Part shown: positions 60,930 to 64,000 of the stretch, piece by piece | How the letters are laid out: each line of letters opens with the position of its first letter | Position numbering within the stretch: the stretch's first letter is position 1 | Assembly: GCA_964016885.1 (NCBI GenBank) | Contig: OZ024749.1 | Coordinates: 7,130,001 to 7,194,000, forward strand | Origin: Eledone cirrhosa | Lineage: Eukaryota | Direction: 5' to 3' | Length of the DNA stretch: 64,000 bases | Program-made: the position numbers and the translations under genes | Notes under the pieces: model-generated | Database searches by the model: none | What the model was told of the DNA's origin: nothing | Seen by the model: the letters and a program-made list of their open reading frames with translations, nothing else

Positions 60930-62758
60930 TAGAGAGAGAGTGTGTGTGTGTGGGGGGGGGGGTATGCATGCTAGTGTGTGAGTGCATGTGAATGTGTGTG
61001 TTTGTATGTATGAAAGTGCGTGCATGTGTGTGTGTATATGAGTTTGTATGTATGTGAGTGTGAGTGCATGCGAATGTGTGTGTGTCGGTGTGCGTGAGTG
61101 TGTGTTTGTATGTATGCAAGTGTGTGTACATGTGTGTGAGTGTGTGTGTGTGTGTGTGTGCATGTACATGAGGCTGAGTGAGTGTGTGTATGTGTGTGTG
61201 TATGTGTGTGTGAATGTGAGTATGTATGAGTGTATGTGTGTGTGTGTAAAAGAGAATGAGTGGGTGGATAATTCCATGTGTCTGTCTATGTATGTGTCTA
61301 TGTATGTGTCTATGTATGTGTCTATGTATGTGTGAATGTATGTGTGAATGTATGTGTGAATGTATGTGTGAATGTATGTGTGAATGTATGTGTGAATGTA
61401 TGTGTGAATGTATGTGTGAATCTATGTGTGAATCTATGTGTGAATGTATGTGTGAATCTATGTGTGAATCTATGTGTGAATCTATGTGTGAATGTATGTG
61501 TGAATGTGTGTGTGAATGTGTGTGTCTATGTGTGTGTGAATGTGTGTGTGAATGTGTGTGTGAATGTGTGTGTGAATGTGTGTGTGAATGTGTGTGTGAA
61601 TGTGTGTGTGAATGTGTGTGTGAATGTGTGTGTGAATGTGTGTGTGAATGTGTGTGTGAATGTGTGTGTGAATGTGTGTGTGAATGTGTGTGTGAATGTG
61701 TGTGTGAATGTGTGTGTGAATGTGTGTGTGAATGTGTGTGTGAATGTGTGTGTGAATGTGTGTGTGAATGTGTGTGTGAATGTGTGTGTGAATGTGTGTG
61801 TGAATGTGTGTGTGAATGTGTGTGTGAATGTGTGTGTCTATGTGTGTGTCTATGTATGTGTCTATGTATGTTTCTATGTATGTGTCTATGTATGTGTCTA
61901 TGTATGTGTCTATGTATGTGTCTATGTATGTGTCTATGTATGTGTCTATGTATGTGTCTATGTATGTGTCTATGTATGTGCGTATGTATGTGTGAATGTA
62001 TGTGTGAATGCATGTGTGAATGCATGTGTGAATGTATGTGTGAATGCATGTGTGAATGTATGTGTGAATGTATGTGTGAATGTATGTGTGACTGTATGTG
62101 TGACTGTATGTGTGACTGTATGTGTGACTATGTGTGACTGTATGTGTGAATGTATGTGTGAATGTATGTGTGAATTTATGTGTGAATTTATGTGTGAATG
62201 TATGTGTGAATGTATGTGTGAATGTATGTGTGAATGTATGTGTATGTATGTGTCTATGTATGTGTGAATGTATGTGTATGTATGTGTGTATGTATGTGTG
62301 TATGTATGTGTGAATGTGTGTGTATGAGTGTGTGTATGAGTGTGTGTGTGAGTGTGTGTGTTATAGAAAGAGGGGGGGGGCAGATAATTTCAAATGTGTG
62401 TGTGAGATAGAAGGGTCTGTGTGTATGTATATGCATGTATGTGTATGTATATGAGTGCGTGTGTGTGGATGTGTATATGCATGTGTGCATGTATGTATAC
62501 ATGTATGTTTTTGTGTATGTATGTGTGTGTGTATGTGTGCGTTTGTATGTCTATGTATGTCTGTGTTTGTGTGTGTGTGTGTGCATGTGGGTATGTCCAT
62601 GTATAGGTGTGTATGCATATTCATGTATGTGTATATAGGTGCATGTATGTGTGTAAATGTGTATATGTGCATGTATATGTGTGTAAATGTATATATATAT
62701 GTGTGTGTGTGTGTGCATGTATATATACATGTATGTTTTTGCATGTGTGTATATATAT

Positions 62759-62817
<59 letters not shown>
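60930..62817. repeat. (GT)n-rich tract with 12-bp GTGTGAATGT(A/G)T minisatellite (61278-62260)
   Basis: Direct inspection. Confidence 0.92.
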
Positions 62818-62818
<1 letters not shown>

Positions 62819-63089
62819 TTAAAATCAATCAACACAACCAACTAAGCATGTGTCTAATTATCAAAATTCCTCATATGAAAGAATTGGTGGAAAAACTTTA
62901 AAGAGAGAGAGTTTGTGTATTTAATAGATTAATCAACATAACATAGCATGGATAAAGTAAAAAAAAACAACACCGATGTAATGAAACTGGAGAGATACTT
63001 GAGTTAATGGGAGAGAAACTGTACAGGGCTTCTCTTGTCATCGGAGTTTATGCTTCTGTTGGGAAGGTGGAACGTTGATAAAGCATTGA

Positions 63090-63733
63090 GAGGTCTCTTT
63101 AATTGAGTCAAGGGCATGGCAACCTCTCTAGAGCTGGTGCCATGAGAAAACACTCTCAGTAGACTCTGTAAAGTGATTGTCAGATTTTCTACAGCTACAG
63201 CTGGATACCCTTCCTATGGCCAACTAATTTACAGAGTGTATTGGGTGCATTTTATCATGGCACCAACACAAGAGAGGTTTTTGTGCCCTTGATATGACTA
63301 AAACCTACTCTCGACACTTAGATTTTCTACAGCTGGATACCCTTCCTATAGCCAAAGTGTCAAGAGGAGGTTTTAGTCATATCAAGGGCACAAAAACCTC
63401 TCTTGTGTTGGTGCCATGATAAAATACACCCAATACACTCTGTAAAGTGGTTGGCCATAGGAAGGGTATCCAACTGTAGAAAACTTCCCAAATAACGTGT
63501 CAAGTGGACTATTTAATAGTGTTTAAGACAGACATGGTAACATGCCTAGTGTTGGTACCATGATGAAATGCACTCAGTACACTCTGTACAGTGTGAGAAT
63601 GTATGTAAATGAGATCCGATTTCTGGCCCATCCGAGAGTTCAGTAGCAGTACTGAAAGTAGGAAGTACTGACTTCCTCTGTGACAATCCGTCCAGCCATT
63701 GCTATAGCAAGGAAAACGGACATTAAATGATGA

Positions 63734-63767
<34 letters not shown>

Positions 63768-63792
63768 GGTGGTGGTGGTGGTGGTGGTGGTG
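63090..63792. mobile_element. Old RTE-3'UTR-derived repeat with internal inversion, ending in a (GAT)n(GGT)n tail
   Basis: Arms ~63196-63319 / ~63355-63479. GGAAAACGGACATTAAATGATGATG terminus. Related decayed arrays at 42540-43020, 46020-46650 and 59800-60000. Confidence 0.65.
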
Positions 63793-64000
63793 ATGCCTTA
63801 CTACAATGAGTTACCATTTCTATTGCAAGCTGATATTAATACCCAGTCACAACTCCTGGCAGAAGGAGACAGAATTTGAACTCAGAATACACAGAAACAG
63901 ATCAAATCATGCAACCAAACCACTTGCCTAATGTTCTAAGTTCATGTTAAAAATAGCACTCATCTCTCTCCTGCAAATCACACCTTACCACCGTAGTGGT

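Noticed and set aside
61256-62137. Cys-rich 'metallothionein-like' (CECV/CECM)n ORF
   Set aside because: Product of a 12-bp minisatellite; other frames are equally open; no gene structure.

Overview
AT-rich, repeat-saturated eukaryotic DNA with no recognisable host gene exons. The SINE, RTE-LINE and microsatellite content suggests a cephalopod such as octopus (inference). The window holds one intact 1039-aa RTE-clade LINE ORF (APE endonuclease + RT) with a C4HC3 PHD-type finger inside the RT. It also holds several truncated RTE and CR1-like LINE ends, tRNA-derived SINEs, TTAA (piggyBac-type), Tc1/mariner, hAT and Tigger-like MITEs, two non-autonomous Helitrons, a ~17-kb array of a 50-bp satellite with higher-order structure, several minisatellites and a 200-N gap. 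The most notable signal is not in the ORF track. At least 13 hammerhead-ribozyme (HHR) motifs, from about 7 unrelated sequence families, sit in short non-coding elements inserted almost exclusively in (TA)n microsatellites. These elements are often foldback or inverted, and most have a tiny palindromic stem III. This matches the pseudo-LTRs of Penelope-like retroelements. The set includes a U3-A8 core variant, a back-to-back bidirectional pair, and one copy that begins exactly at the predicted cleavage site. All folds were read by eye and none is experimentally tested.
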